DNA of 64,000 nucleotides, taken from contig CAYSPJ010000002.1 of assembly GCA_964432875.1 (NCBI GenBank), positions 54,473 to 118,472 of the forward strand, in the 5' to 3' direction. Below the pieces are notes generated by a model, which was not told the origin of the DNA, did not search any database, and saw only the letters and a program-made list of their open reading frames with translations. The first letter of the stretch is position 1. Each line of letters starts with the position of its first letter. Shown in pieces: positions 1 to 10,277 of this stretch. The position numbers and the translations under genes are program-made. The stretch is from an uncultured Phaeodactylibacter sp. GTDB taxonomy: Bacteria > Bacteroidota > Bacteroidia > Chitinophagales > Saprospiraceae.

Positions 1-388
1 AATCGACGGCTTTCTCATATTGGCCGGCATCATAATAGTAGTTGGCCACTTCAATGAGTGCCTGGCTAGCCATGGGGCTAGGTGAATACTTACGCACGAA
101 GTCCAGGATGAGTTTTTCCCCATCGGGGGCACCCAGGCGTACGGCACAGCGAGCATAATTGAGCTCGGCTTTTACGCGCAGCAATTCGGCATCAGGTTCG
201 TTGATGGGCCGCAGCAGAACCAGGGCGCGGCTGAATTCTTGTTGGGCCTTTGCCAATACGCCCTGCTCAAAAAGAGAAACGCCAGACTTATAAGCTTCGT
301 GAGCTTCGGTATAAACCGTAGTCTGTTGGGCAGCGAGCGGGAGGATTGGGAGGCAGGCCAGTAACAGAAGGGCAATTCTTTTTAACAT
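1..388 (-). CDS. TPR-like repeat protein, N-terminal part (ORF runs off the left edge)
   Basis: ATG at 388-386, then an open frame to position 1. It is absent from the ORF track because there is no stop inside the window. My own translation, MLKRIALLLLACLPILPLAAQQ..., has a signal-peptide-like start followed by helical repeats (AELNYARCAVRLG, ALIEVANYYYDAGQYEKAV) typical of TPR proteins. Confidence 0.55.
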   Translation of the reverse strand, partial: MLKRIALLLLACLPILPLAAQQTTVYTEAHEAYKSGVSLFEQGVLAKAQQEFSRALVLLRPINEPDAELLRVKAELNYARCAVRLGAPDGEKLILDFVRKYSPSPMASQALIEVANYYYDAGQYEKAVD

Positions 389-538
389 CGCAATGTTTTT
401 TGATTTAAATCAAAAGCCTGAGGCCCATATACGGGCACCTGTGTTGAACGCAGGCTAGGCTGATAAGCGTATATTTATTGAGGCGATTTTTTCCGGAGCT
501 AGTTGACAAGCAGCTTTGCATTGCAGCAAGCCGAAGCC

Positions 539-1783
539 TCAAGCATCGAAACCCAAAATCGTCTGTTCGATGATGCCGCAGCATTCGTGCAGCTGTTCTT
601 CGGTCATCGTCAACGGGGGCGCAAAGCGGATGATGTTGCCGTGGGTGGGCTTGGCCAACAAGCCGTTTTCTGCCATTTTAAGGCAAATCTCCCAGGCGGT
701 CTCGCTATCGGGCGTATCGTTGATGACCACCGCATTGAGCAAGCCTTTGCCGCGCACCTGAGCGGCCAGGTCGCACTTGTCCACCAGGTTTTCTTGCATC
801 CGGCGGCGGAAAATCTTCCCGAGGCGCTCGGCATTCTCCGCCAGTTTTTCATCCTGTACCACGCGCAAAGCCTCCATCGCTACGGCACAGCCCAGGGGGT
901 TGCCGCCGAAAGTGGAGCCGTGTTGCCCAGGCTTCAGCCTAAGCATAATTTCATCGCGGGCCAAAACGGCAGATACGGGGAAAACGCCGCCCGAAATGGC
1001 TTTGCCCAAAACGAGGATGTCGGGCAAGAAGCCCTCATGTTGGCAAGCCAGCAACCTACCCGTTCGGGCGATGCCCGTCTGCACTTCATCAGCGATGAAG
1101 AGCACGTTGCGCTGGCGGCACAGCTCATAAGCCTGGCGCAAGTAGCCTTCATCTGGCACGAAAACGCCTGCTTCGCCCTGAATGGGCTCCACCATGAAGC
1201 CAGCCACGCAAGGGTCTTCCAGGGCTTCTTCCAGTGCCTTCAGATTGTTGTAGGGTATAATGACATAGCCCGGCAGATAGGGGCCAAAGTTCCGGGTACT
1301 ATTGCTATCAGTGGAGGATGAAATCGCGGCGATAGAGCGCCCCCAGAAGTTCCCTTCTACAAAGATGACCTTCGCCTGGTTGGTGGGTATGCCTTTAACT
1401 TCATAGCCCCATTTGCGGCAGAGCTTTACTGCCGTCTCACAAGCTTCTACCCCCGTATTCATCGGCAAGACCCGGTCGTAGCCAAAATACTGAGTAATGA
1501 ACTGCTCGAAAGGCCCGAGCATGTCATTGTAAAAAGCGCGGGAGGTCAGCGTCAGCCGCTGGGCTTGCTCCGTCAGCGCTTTAATGATACGAGGGTGGCA
1601 ATGCCCTTGATTGACTGCCGAATAGGCCGCGAGAAAGTCGTAATAACGCTTCCCTTCCGCATCCCACAGGAAAACACCGCTCCCTCGCGACAACACCACG
1701 GGCAGCGGGTGGTAATTATGAGCGCCATACTGGCTCTCCATCTGCATTAATTCCTGGGATGTAAACATAGCTTCTTGTACCAT
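539..1783 (-). CDS. rocD: Ornithine aminotransferase (class III PLP aminotransferase)
   Basis: 414 aa. It reads end to end like ornithine-oxo-acid transaminase: [44 protein letters not shown], and the PLP-lysine context LGKAISGG. Confidence 0.9.
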   Translation of the reverse strand: MVQEAMFTSQELMQMESQYGAHNYHPLPVVLSRGSGVFLWDAEGKRYYDFLAAYSAVNQGHCHPRIIKALTEQAQRLTLTSRAFYNDMLGPFEQFITQYFGYDRVLPMNTGVEACETAVKLCRKWGYEVKGIPTNQAKVIFVEGNFWGRSIAAISSSTDSNSTRNFGPYLPGYVIIPYNNLKALEEALEDPCVAGFMVEPIQGEAGVFVPDEGYLRQAYELCRQRNVLFIADEVQTGIARTGRLLACQHEGFLPDILVLGKAISGGVFPVSAVLARDEIMLRLKPGQHGSTFGGNPLGCAVAMEALRVVQDEKLAENAERLGKIFRRRMQENLVDKCDLAAQVRGKGLLNAVVINDTPDSETAWEICLKMAENGLLAKPTHGNIIRFAPPLTMTEEQLHECCGIIEQTILGFDA

Positions 1784-1812
1784 AAGTTGTAGCTCTTTTA
1801 TAAATTCGCTCC

Positions 1813-1854
1813 TTTAACCTTTAACCCTTAACCTTTAGCCTTTAGCCCTTAACC
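1813..1854. repeat. Six tandem heptamers YTTARCC (minus strand GGYTAAR)
   Basis: Read directly: tttaacc tttaacc cttaacc tttagcc tttagcc cttaacc. The array spans the pncA stop codon (TAA at 1844-1842) and most of the 58-bp pncA-rocD spacer. Confidence 0.85.
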
Positions 1855-2474
1855 TTGATCCCCGCCGCCTCCACCACTACCGCCCCCTTAGCGACCATCT
1901 CCTCCACGGCGCGTTCCCCATCACCCTCTTGTAGGTTGACCGCGCGGCAGCCATCCAGGATGACATAGGTTTTAAAACCCTCTTCCAGTGCATCCAGCAC
2001 CGAATATTTGACGCAGTAGTCCAGGGCCAGCCCCAGGATGTAAACCTCTTCGATGCCGCGCTGGCGCAGGTATTCCGCCAAGCCGGTAGACTTCCGCCTG
2101 CCGTTATCGTAGAAGCCGCTATAGCTGTCAATGGCTGGGTCGGTGCCTTTGACGAAGACTTTTTCAAACTTGGACGTATCCAATTCTTGTACAAACTCTG
2201 CCCCGAAGCTGCCTTGCACGCAGTGGATGGGCCAGAGGATTTGTTCAAGCCCGTCTAGCATGATTTTACTGCCGGGGTAGCGCCAGGGGTGGTTGGCAGC
2301 AAAGCTGCCATGGGTTGCCGGGTGCCAGTCTTGCGTAGCCACTACCAGTTCGAACTTCTTCATCGCACGGTTAGCTACCGCCACTACTTGATCACCATCT
2401 TTGACTTCAAGTGCGCCGCCAGGGCAAAAGTCGTTTTGGATATCTATTACAATCAGTGCTCTCATGGTTATCAT
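1842..2474 (-). CDS. pncA: Nicotinamidase/pyrazinamidase (isochorismatase fold)
   Basis: ALIVIDIQNDFCPGGAL, DWHPATHGSF, and the catalytic Cys context LALDYCV. The start could instead be the second ATG at 2465. Confidence 0.85.
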   Translation of the reverse strand: MITMRALIVIDIQNDFCPGGALEVKDGDQVVAVANRAMKKFELVVATQDWHPATHGSFAANHPWRYPGSKIMLDGLEQILWPIHCVQGSFGAEFVQELDTSKFEKVFVKGTDPAIDSYSGFYDNGRRKSTGLAEYLRQRGIEEVYILGLALDYCVKYSVLDALEEGFKTYVILDGCRAVNLQEGDGERAVEEMVAKGAVVVEAAGIKVKG

Positions 2475-2479
2475 TTCAT

Positions 2480-3130
2480 TCAGATAAGCCGGCCATCCTG
2501 CATTTCGAGGCGGCGGTCGCTCATCGCGGCTAGTTCTTGGTTGTGGGTTACGATGATGAAAGTTTGCTGTAAATCTCGGCGCAAGTTAAAGATCAATTGG
2601 TGTAATTCCTGCGAGGAGACGGAGTCCAGATTGCCGGAGGGCTCATCAGCAAAGACCACGGCGGGCTGGTTCATCAACGACCGGGCTACTGCCACGCGCT
2701 GCTGCTCGCCTCCCGACAGTTGAGAAGGCTTGTGGGTAAGGCGCTCAGACAGCCCCAAATAATCCAGAAGCTCTTTGGCCCGCTTGATAGCTTTGCTTTC
2801 CGGATGCCGGGCGATAAGCGCTGGGATATAAGTATTTTCCAATGCGGTAAACTCGGGAAGCAAATGATGAAACTGAAAAATGAAGCCGATATTCTGGTTG
2901 CGGAAGGCCGCCAGTTTTTTATGCCCCATTTGCAGCACATCTTCACCATTAATGTACAGCCGTCCGGTATCTGCCCGGTCTAGTGTGCCGAGGATGTGCA
3001 AAAGGGTGCTTTTGCCCGCGCCGGACTTGCCAACGATGGAAACGACTTCCCCTTTGCCTACTTCCAGTTCCACCCCCTTAAGCACCAGGAGTTGGCCAAA
3101 TGATTTATGGATGTTATCTGCTTTGATCAC
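2480..3130 (-). CDS. ABC transporter ATP-binding protein, LolD/MacB-type
   Basis: Walker [10 protein letters not shown], signature [13 protein letters not shown], Walker [13 protein letters not shown]. The track ORF starts at a TTG at 3238. I moved the start to the in-frame GTG at 3130, which gives [11 protein letters not shown], the usual N-terminus for this family; this is an inference. Confidence 0.8.
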   Translation of the reverse strand: MIKADNIHKSFGQLLVLKGVELEVGKGEVVSIVGKSGAGKSTLLHILGTLDRADTGRLYINGEDVLQMGHKKLAAFRNQNIGFIFQFHHLLPEFTALENTYIPALIARHPESKAIKRAKELLDYLGLSERLTHKPSQLSGGEQQRVAVARSLMNQPAVVFADEPSGNLDSVSSQELHQLIFNLRRDLQQTFIIVTHNQELAAMSDRRLEMQDGRLI

Positions 3131-3572
3131 AAATGTCTGCTTTTTTCCGGGCCCAAAGATAGGCAATTGGCGGCATTCATGCCTTTCCAGGGGCAAAGAT
3201 AAGGGAATTATAACGAAAACGAGGCACCATGCCTGCAATCAATCATGTGGCTATACCCTCCATAGCCAAGCGCTTCAAGCTCTGCTTAAAAAAAGCCTCA
3301 TGAAAACTCCTTCATGCAAAACATTTCCTTTGAGCCAGCGTTTTCACCATCGTTATTAGCATCCAAAAAACTGAAACAATCCCATGCTGACATTACTCAT
3401 CCTCTCCGTGTTGTGGAGCAAGCGCCGGGCGTTGCGCGAGAAGCTCCAATTCATTACCAATGCCAAAGCACCGAAGCTCGGTATTTTCAGGCTAAAAAAA
3501 AATCCAGCTTTGTGACCAGTTTCACTAACTCTCGCGCTACTGCTTTCTTGCTTTGTGCAAAATTTAGCAATC

Positions 3573-4106
3573 ATGTACAAAGCTATCCTTTCATTAAGCT
3601 TTCTGCTGTTCGTTAGTGCTTCAGCTCTGGGGCAGGCCCATGGCCCGCTTGACCATTCGGATAACCATCAGCCGCACTGGCGCGTTGCGCTGCTGCTAGG
3701 GCATACCTTTGTCCCAGCCGTGGGGGCCCAGTATTCAGCCATCCCTTCTTGGGGGCTGGACCTAGAATACTGGCACACTGCTAAATGGGGCATCGGGCTG
3801 CACAACGACATTGAACTGCAGTCTTTTATCATCGAACAGGTAGGCAGGGAAGAACTCCTGGAACGAGAATACCCCCTGGTCTTAACCCTGGATGCCCTTT
3901 TCAAACCCTGGCGCGGACTGGTCCTCCAGTTTGGCCCGGGCATTGAATTGGAGCGCTCCGAACACTTCTATCTGCTGCGTATGGGGGTAGAATACGAGTT
4001 TGAATTTGGCCGGCACTGGGATGTAGCACCTTCTATTTTTTACGATACTCGTCAAGAGGCTTTCGATACTTGGGCGATTACACTGGGGGTAGGGAAGAGG
4101 TTTTAG
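3573..4106 (+). CDS. Hypothetical secreted protein with a His-rich N-terminus
   Basis: ATG at 3573 gives the signal peptide MYKAILSLSFLLFVSASALGQA, followed by HGPLDHSDNHQPH. Alternating hydrophobic strands and a C-terminal ...GVGKRF suggest a small beta-barrel. I recognise no family. Confidence 0.5.
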   Translation: MYKAILSLSFLLFVSASALGQAHGPLDHSDNHQPHWRVALLLGHTFVPAVGAQYSAIPSWGLDLEYWHTAKWGIGLHNDIELQSFIIEQVGREELLEREYPLVLTLDALFKPWRGLVLQFGPGIELERSEHFYLLRMGVEYEFEFGRHWDVAPSIFYDTRQEAFDTWAITLGVGKRF

Positions 4107-4267
4107 GGGTAAGTAGCGCCGGTTTTTATAGTCCGAGTGCTTTACGAAGACAAAGTGGTCGCCAAAATTTGGAAATGTGAAAAAAGTGTCGTAATATTGA
4201 ACGTACATCTAGCCCTGTGTTTTCGGCTCTTCTGGTAGGTTGAAGTGGTTCATAAAACAACCCCGAC

Positions 4268-6631
4268 ATGAAACACAAAACCTGCTTCGTGCTTGCCGTC
4301 ATCACGGTGAGCTTCGTTCCTTTGCCTTTTTTTGCTGGGGCACAAGGACAGACCATCCGCGGCACTGTCATAGATAAAGATACCCGCCAACCCCTGATTG
4401 GAGCGACGGTGGCTCTACCTGATTTGGAAACCATGCTTGGTACGGTAACAGAGTTCGATGGCACCTTCGTGCTCGAAGGCGTACCCATTGGGCGGCACAC
4501 CTTGGTTTGTCGGTATATCGGCTATGGCTCTTGGCAAGCAGACGGGTTGGTGCTTACTGCTGCCCGAGAACTTGTACTGGAAATCGAGCTAAAAGAAGAT
4601 GCCGCAACCCTGGGCGAAGTGCTGGTCACGGCGGTTGTTTCGCCACACAGCCCGCTCAATGATGCGGCCTTGCTCAGCTCCCGCTCCTTTTCGGTAGAAG
4701 AGGTGCAGCATTTCGCTGGCGCCATTAACGACCCCGGGCGCATGGCGCATAGCCTGCCCGGCGTACAGCCGTCGAGAGACAACGAGGGCGACATCATTAT
4801 CCGGGGGAATGCCAGCACGGGCGTGCTGTGGCGCCTGGAAGGGGTAGACATCCTCAACCCCAACCACTTCGCCCGCCTGGGCGGCAGCGGCGGTGGCCTG
4901 ACCATCTTTAGCGTGAGCGTGCTGAGCACCTCCGACTTTTTCGCCGGGGCTTTCCCAGCAGAGTATGGCAATGCCCTGGCCGGCGTATTTGACATGCGCT
5001 TCCGCAATGGTAATAGAGACAACCGCCAGCACCGCTTCCGGGCAGGCATGCTGGGGCTGGAATATGCTACAGAGGGCCCCTTTTCAGCCAGCAAACAACA
5101 GGCAGGGGGCAAAAGCGGCTCTTACCTCCTCAACTACCGCTACTCTACGCTTGGCATCCTGAATGAAATGGGCATCTACCTGGTAGGCGAACGGGTGCGC
5201 AACAATTTCCAAGACTTGAGCTTCAACCTCTTTTTCCCTGGCAAGGACGGGAAAGCGAGCCTGAGGCTTTGGGGCGTTGGAGGCCTGAGCAGCGAAGACA
5301 AAGTGACAGCCCAAGGTGGCTGGCAGATTTTTGACGACAGCCTCAGCTATCAGAACGGCTCAAAAATCGGCGTGCTCGGGCTGACCCACACGATAGCCAC
5401 TGGCGAAAAATCGCACCTGAAGACCACCGTAGCGATCATGGGGCAGCAAGCCTACCATCATCTCCGGCGCAATTTTGCGGAAGGTGGCCAGGGGATACTA
5501 AGTGATGAGGACTATCGCCAGGGCAAACTTGCCCTCTCTACATTTTTTACCAAAAAAATCTCTTCCAGCAGCACTTTCAAGACCGGCCTGCAATTTAGCG
5601 GGCTGCTTTATGACCTGAGCTTCGACAGTATCCAGGCTGGCGGCCAGACCGCCGCTTATATCGCTGAAAAAGGCACAACGCTGCAGGCGCAGCCGTTCGC
5701 ACAACTCGGCTATCAGCCTAATGCCAACTGGACCTTGAACCTGGGGTTACACGGCTTGTACTTTGGGCTCACCGAATCTTTCTCCCTGGAGCCCCGCCTA
5801 AGCGCCCGCCGCCGCCTCGGCAGAAGACAAACCCTCAGCATGGCAGTAGGCTATCACAGCCAAACGGCCCCCCTGGGCGTTTATTTTGCCAACGTCCAGC
5901 AGGATAGCATGATCACCCAGCCTAATCGCAACCTCCCATTGATGAAGTCCCTACAGGTAGTAGTAGCTTATGACGCCTGGCTCGCACCACAACTGCGCCT
6001 CCATCTAGAAGGTTATCGGCAAGACCTCTTCGATATACCCGGCGACCGCGGGCTGAGCTATTTCTATTGGCTACTGAACGAAATGGAAGGATACCCCAAC
6101 CGCAGCTTTGCCGACGCGGGCCAAGGCACCAACACGGGCTTGGACCTATCGCTGGAAAAATCCTTCCGCCAAGGCTTTTTCTTCTTGTTGAACGGCTCGG
6201 TTTTCAACAGTACTTACCGCTTTAAAGGTACCAGGGATTTCAACACCCAGTTCAACGCCAATTACACCGGTGCCCTCACCATGGCCCGGGAGTGGGGCGT
6301 AAGCAAAGGGGGTATCTGGCAAGTAGGCATGAAAAACCTCTGGATGAATGGCTTGCCTTCTACACCTCTTGCCGCCATCCAATTTGGTGGTGAAAGCCCG
6401 ATATTAGAAGAGAGCAGGCCTTTTGGCGAGCGTGTCAGAGACTATTTCCGTAGCGACCTCCGGCTGGCTTGGCGCAAAAACCGCCACAGCCTCTCGCTCG
6501 ACGTGCAGAATGTCTTCAACATCGAGAATCTGCGGCCGTTTGAGTGGATTTTCGACCCAGTCAGGAATGGGTGGGCCCGCCGCCCCCAAGCCAGCATCAC
6601 TCCAGTGCTGAGTTGGCAGTTAGACTGGTGA
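4268..6631 (+). CDS. TonB-dependent receptor with N-terminal carboxypeptidase-regulatory-like domain
   Basis: Signal peptide, then GTVIDKDTRQPLIGATVAL (CarbopepD_reg-like), the plug motif IIIRGN, and a long beta-barrel ending in an aromatic residue (SWQLDW). Confidence 0.85.
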   Translation: MKHKTCFVLAVITVSFVPLPFFAGAQGQTIRGTVIDKDTRQPLIGATVALPDLETMLGTVTEFDGTFVLEGVPIGRHTLVCRYIGYGSWQADGLVLTAARELVLEIELKEDAATLGEVLVTAVVSPHSPLNDAALLSSRSFSVEEVQHFAGAINDPGRMAHSLPGVQPSRDNEGDIIIRGNASTGVLWRLEGVDILNPNHFARLGGSGGGLTIFSVSVLSTSDFFAGAFPAEYGNALAGVFDMRFRNGNRDNRQHRFRAGMLGLEYATEGPFSASKQQAGGKSGSYLLNYRYSTLGILNEMGIYLVGERVRNNFQDLSFNLFFPGKDGKASLRLWGVGGLSSEDKVTAQGGWQIFDDSLSYQNGSKIGVLGLTHTIATGEKSHLKTTVAIMGQQAYHHLRRNFAEGGQGILSDEDYRQGKLALSTFFTKKISSSSTFKTGLQFSGLLYDLSFDSIQAGGQTAAYIAEKGTTLQAQPFAQLGYQPNANWTLNLGLHGLYFGLTESFSLEPRLSARRRLGRRQTLSMAVGYHSQTAPLGVYFANVQQDSMITQPNRNLPLMKSLQVVVAYDAWLAPQLRLHLEGYRQDLFDIPGDRGLSYFYWLLNEMEGYPNRSFADAGQGTNTGLDLSLEKSFRQGFFFLLNGSVFNSTYRFKGTRDFNTQFNANYTGALTMAREWGVSKGGIWQVGMKNLWMNGLPSTPLAAIQFGGESPILEESRPFGERVRDYFRSDLRLAWRKNRHSLSLDVQNVFNIENLRPFEWIFDPVRNGWARRPQASITPVLSWQLDW

Positions 6632-6725
6632 CCCTGCTCCCCGGTAAATTCATTACCTTTGCCTCAATTGGTTTCAAAGGAATGAGTTTCTGGAAAGGCT
6701 TTGGCCATCAAAATATTGATTGCTT

Positions 6726-7532
6726 ATGGAGGCATTTCATGGCCGCGTCGTTTTAATTACTGGCGCAGGTGCAGGCATCGGCAAAGCCTTAGCATTTCAT
6801 TTGGCGGCAAAGGGCGCCAAGTTAGTGCTCAATGGGCGCAAGGCCGAAAAACTGCGCCAAACGGAAAAGGAGCTACAAGATAAGGGATATCAGGACATCG
6901 CCTTGGCACCAGGTGATGTTTCTATTTATAGCGACTGCGAAAAGATCATCGAGGCTGCCATCGATGCATTTGGACGCTTGGACGTGTTGGTCAATAATGC
7001 CGGCTTGACGATGGAGGGCAAAATTGAAGATCTGCAGCCCGACGTGTTTAAGTCGGTGATGGACGTGAACTATCTGGGCAGCCTTTATCCGTCAAAAGCA
7101 GCTTTGCCCTGGCTGAAGCAATCCCAAGGGAGTATTGTCTTTATTTCAAGCGTAGCTGGCATCTATGGATTGCCCAGGCATAGCGGATATTCAGCTTCCA
7201 AGATGGCGTTGACAGCATTAGCTCAGTCCATGCGGATTGAGCTAAAGGATGTAGGCATACACGTTGGTATCATTTACCTGGGGTTTGTTGAAAACGATGC
7301 AAGCAAGACCCAATACGCAGCTTCAGGCCAACTGGAAGCTGTGCCCAATCGCCAAAATGCCGGGCGCATCTCGGCTGCTGCAGCAGCCAGGTTTATCTCT
7401 AAAGTCATAGCGCAGCGCAAAAAATCATCTAACTACTCTTTTTTGGGGCGATTGCTAGCTGCCGTTGATGCGTTATCGCCTTCTTTGGTTCAAATGATCC
7501 TAGCTCGTGCCTATTACAAAACCCCGAAGTAA
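6726..7532 (+). CDS. SDR-family oxidoreductase
   Basis: TGAGAGIGKA Rossmann motif, NNAG, and the catalytic YSASKMAL. ATG at 6726 is preferred over the TTG at 6720. Confidence 0.85.
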   Translation: MEAFHGRVVLITGAGAGIGKALAFHLAAKGAKLVLNGRKAEKLRQTEKELQDKGYQDIALAPGDVSIYSDCEKIIEAAIDAFGRLDVLVNNAGLTMEGKIEDLQPDVFKSVMDVNYLGSLYPSKAALPWLKQSQGSIVFISSVAGIYGLPRHSGYSASKMALTALAQSMRIELKDVGIHVGIIYLGFVENDASKTQYAASGQLEAVPNRQNAGRISAAAAARFISKVIAQRKKSSNYSFLGRLLAAVDALSPSLVQMILARAYYKTPK

Positions 7533-7617
7533 ATCGGTAGGTGGTCAGCACTTATTCCTGCCCTCAAACATTAAGGGCAGCTGCTGCGTTATATTCGCCG
7601 TAACCATAAAACGAAAC

Positions 7618-8790
7618 ATGGCTGAGCGCGTTGCTAAAAAGCAAACATTGTTGCATTGTTGTGAGATCATGCAGGGTGGGGGAGGGTACTTCCAGCGTTT
7701 ACTCCAGCTTATTGCAGAATGCCGTGAGGTCATGCATTTGCAATTCTATATCCTGGCAAACGATACTACGGGCAAAGAAATCCAGCATGCCCTGTTACAA
7801 GCCCGCAAAAGGGGAGTGGAGGTATCTATCGTGCTGGATGGGGTAGGGAGCATGAATTTGCCACAGCGGTTTTGTCAGCGTTTCGAAGCGGCAGGGGTCA
7901 AGCTGCGCTTTTATTCACCCATTAAGTTTTCCATCCCATTCCGAACCGGGCGCCGCTTGCACCACAAGCTTGCCGTATTCGACCAGGAAAAAGCCCTGGT
8001 GGGCGGGCTTAACCTCGCCGACCGGTATCGGGGCGATGCCCAGGAGCCGCCCTGGCTAGATTTCGCCGTCTATATAGAAGGGGCAGTATGCGAGCAACTG
8101 CACGAGTTGGCGGAAAGCATCGCCAATAAAAAGCCTTATCCTAAAATCCCGTTTAAAAAACTGCTGAGCAAGGAAGCTCCTTTGGGCAAGGACAAAATAG
8201 AAGTGCGCGTCAACGACTTGCTCAAGGGTAGGAGGGAGGTACGCCGGGGCTATTACCGAGCCTTGGCTTCCGCCCGCAGTTCCGTGACGATCGCAGCGAG
8301 CTACTTTCTGCCTAAAAAACGCATTATCAATCTATTATGCAAAGCTGCCGCGCGCGGGGTAGATACCCGGTTAATCCTGCCGGGCGAAACTGACGTCCCA
8401 TTTTACCATACAGGAGTCAAGTATTTGTATCCCAAGCTCTTAGAGGCTGGTGTTAAAATATATGAATACCAGCCGACTATCTTGCATGCCAAAGTCGCGG
8501 TCGTCGATGGCCGCTGGTGTACCATCGGCTCTTTCAACCTGAATGACCTTAGCGAGCTGCTGAGCGTAGAGCTGAATGTGGAAATATTCGACCAAGATGG
8601 CGCTCAGGAGCTACAGCAGAAGCTCGCCGAAGTCATCGCCCAGGATTGCCGAGAAGTAAACCAGGAGGAGTACTTGAATGCGCCCTGGTTGGTGCGCTTA
8701 AAGTGGAAGCTCTATTACGCAGTTATCGTCCATGCTTTCCGGCTGGTCTATTGGTTTGCAGAAAAGGAAAGAAGCGACGCCATTAGTTGA
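7618..8790 (+). CDS. Phospholipase D family protein, cardiolipin-synthase (ClsB)-like
   Basis: Two HKD motifs: HHKLAVFDQEKALVGGLNL and LHAKVAVVDGRWCTIGSFNLN. The start was moved to the ATG at 7618 (M38 of the track ORF) to remove the overlap with the SDR gene. Confidence 0.8.
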   Translation: MAERVAKKQTLLHCCEIMQGGGGYFQRLLQLIAECREVMHLQFYILANDTTGKEIQHALLQARKRGVEVSIVLDGVGSMNLPQRFCQRFEAAGVKLRFYSPIKFSIPFRTGRRLHHKLAVFDQEKALVGGLNLADRYRGDAQEPPWLDFAVYIEGAVCEQLHELAESIANKKPYPKIPFKKLLSKEAPLGKDKIEVRVNDLLKGRREVRRGYYRALASARSSVTIAASYFLPKKRIINLLCKAAARGVDTRLILPGETDVPFYHTGVKYLYPKLLEAGVKIYEYQPTILHAKVAVVDGRWCTIGSFNLNDLSELLSVELNVEIFDQDGAQELQQKLAEVIAQDCREVNQEEYLNAPWLVRLKWKLYYAVIVHAFRLVYWFAEKERSDAIS

Positions 8791-8884
8791 AGTGTAAGCG
8801 GGCGCGGAATACGGGATGGAATGCGCTTTCAAAACACTGAGTTAACATAATATAAATTATAGGGTAAAATTAGAAAAAATCAAC

Positions 8885-8917
8885 CTTTGTAGCTATTGCT
8901 CAAAATGCCTATTTTTG
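8885..8917 (+). promoter_or_regulatory. Candidate Bacteroidota-type promoter (-33 TTTG / -7 TAnnTTTG)
   Basis: CTTTG at 8885-8889 and TATTTTTG at 8910-8917, spaced 20 nt apart and 26 nt upstream of the ATG at 8943. Pattern match only. Confidence 0.3.
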
Positions 8918-8942
8918 CGTTCAGACGAAAGCGCATTAAAAT

Positions 8943-10208
8943 ATGGAAGCATACGCCAAAGTACTCAACTTCGCCATACCGTTCTTCGTGTCGCTGCTGC
9001 TGGCCGAAGCTTTCTTCGCCTGGTGGAAAGGCGCCAAAGTAATCCGCAGCATGGATACCTTATCCAGCTTGAGCTCCGGGCTGACGAACACCATTAAAGA
9101 CGTTTTGGGCTTGACGGTCGTCATTGTTTCGTATGGCTGGTTTGTGGAACACATCGCGATTTTTGAAATACAATCAACATTGTTTGTTTATATCTTGGCA
9201 TTTATTGGCATGGATTTTGCTGGGTATTGGGTCCACCGCTTGTCGCACGAAATCAATTTTTTATGGAACCGTCACATCATCCATCACAGCAGCGAAGAAT
9301 TTAATTTGGGATGTGCGTTGCGGCAGTCTATTTCCGGTTTTTTTGCAATCACGGTATTTTTCTTGTTGCCCATCGCGATCCTGGGCGTGCCGCCGGAAGT
9401 AGTCGGCATCGTCGCGCCGCTCCATTTGTTTGCACAGTATTGGTACCACACCCGGCTGATCGGCAAGCTGGGCTTCCTGGAGAAAATAATCGTGACGCCC
9501 TCGCATCACCGCGTACACCATGCGATCAACCCGGAATATCTAGATAAGAACCACTCGCAGATTTTTATCATTTGGGATAAGCTCTTTGGGACATTCCAGG
9601 AAGAGCTCGACGATGTGCCCCCGGTCTATGGCATCACGCGGCCGGCACGCACCTGGAATCCGATCATCATCAACTTCCAGCACTTGTGGCTCTTGATACA
9701 GGATGCCTGGCGCACGAATTCGCTGAGCGCCAAATTCAAAATCTGGTTTATGCCCACTGGCTGGCGGCCAGAAGATGTGGCCGCGGCTTATCCGGTATAT
9801 GCGATCAAGGATGTGTACAACTTTGAGAAATATGACCCGCGCCTTTCGCCAGGCTTGCAATGGTGGTCGTGGATCCAGTTTGTTTTCACCTTTGTTTCCA
9901 TGATGTATCTATTCAACAACCTGGCAACGATAGGCTTTACCGGCGCGCTAGTTTACGGCGGCTTCCTGGCGCTGTCCATTTTCAGTTATTCCATGCTGAT
10001 GGATAAGAGCAGCTATGCTGCAGTCGTGGAAACCCTGAAGTCATTCATCGGCTTGGGCTTGCTTTATCAACAGGGCGGTGATTGGTTCCACCTCAATAGC
10101 TGGTTGCCGGGGATGAGCTGGTTCGTAGCAGCATATTTTGTGCTCTCAGCGACGGCCGCTTTCGTTTTTGAAGCGCGCGAAAAACGGATGGGCGCTGTTG
10201 CGGGCTGA
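8943..10208 (+). CDS. Fatty acid hydroxylase / sterol desaturase family membrane protein
   Basis: Histidine boxes HRLSHE, HIIHHSSEE and HHRVHH, with multiple TM segments and an additional C-terminal polytopic segment of about 130 aa. Confidence 0.8.
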   Translation: MEAYAKVLNFAIPFFVSLLLAEAFFAWWKGAKVIRSMDTLSSLSSGLTNTIKDVLGLTVVIVSYGWFVEHIAIFEIQSTLFVYILAFIGMDFAGYWVHRLSHEINFLWNRHIIHHSSEEFNLGCALRQSISGFFAITVFFLLPIAILGVPPEVVGIVAPLHLFAQYWYHTRLIGKLGFLEKIIVTPSHHRVHHAINPEYLDKNHSQIFIIWDKLFGTFQEELDDVPPVYGITRPARTWNPIIINFQHLWLLIQDAWRTNSLSAKFKIWFMPTGWRPEDVAAAYPVYAIKDVYNFEKYDPRLSPGLQWWSWIQFVFTFVSMMYLFNNLATIGFTGALVYGGFLALSIFSYSMLMDKSSYAAVVETLKSFIGLGLLYQQGGDWFHLNSWLPGMSWFVAAYFVLSATAAFVFEAREKRMGAVAG

Positions 10209-10277
10209 CACGAGCTCAAGCCCGTGTCAATTTTTGCTTATTTCGCATTTGCTGGCAATGAGGCCCCTGCCCCTCCC

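Noticed and set aside
503-1321. A 272-aa plus-strand ORF and other long antisense ORFs (19891-20769 minus, 32385-33257 minus, 40022-40564 minus, 49108-49692 minus).
   Set aside because: Each is fully nested antisense to a gene with strong family motifs (rocD, the Pif1 helicase, SusC, lpd, ggt). None shows any motif of its own.
3131-3238. The upstream TTG start of the ABC ATPase ORF (36 extra codons).
   Set aside because: The extra residues ([22 protein letters not shown]...) are not part of any ABC ATPase N-terminus I know. The in-frame GTG at 3130 gives the canonical [11 protein letters not shown]. This leaves a 442-nt gap (3131-3572) in which I saw no convincing feature.
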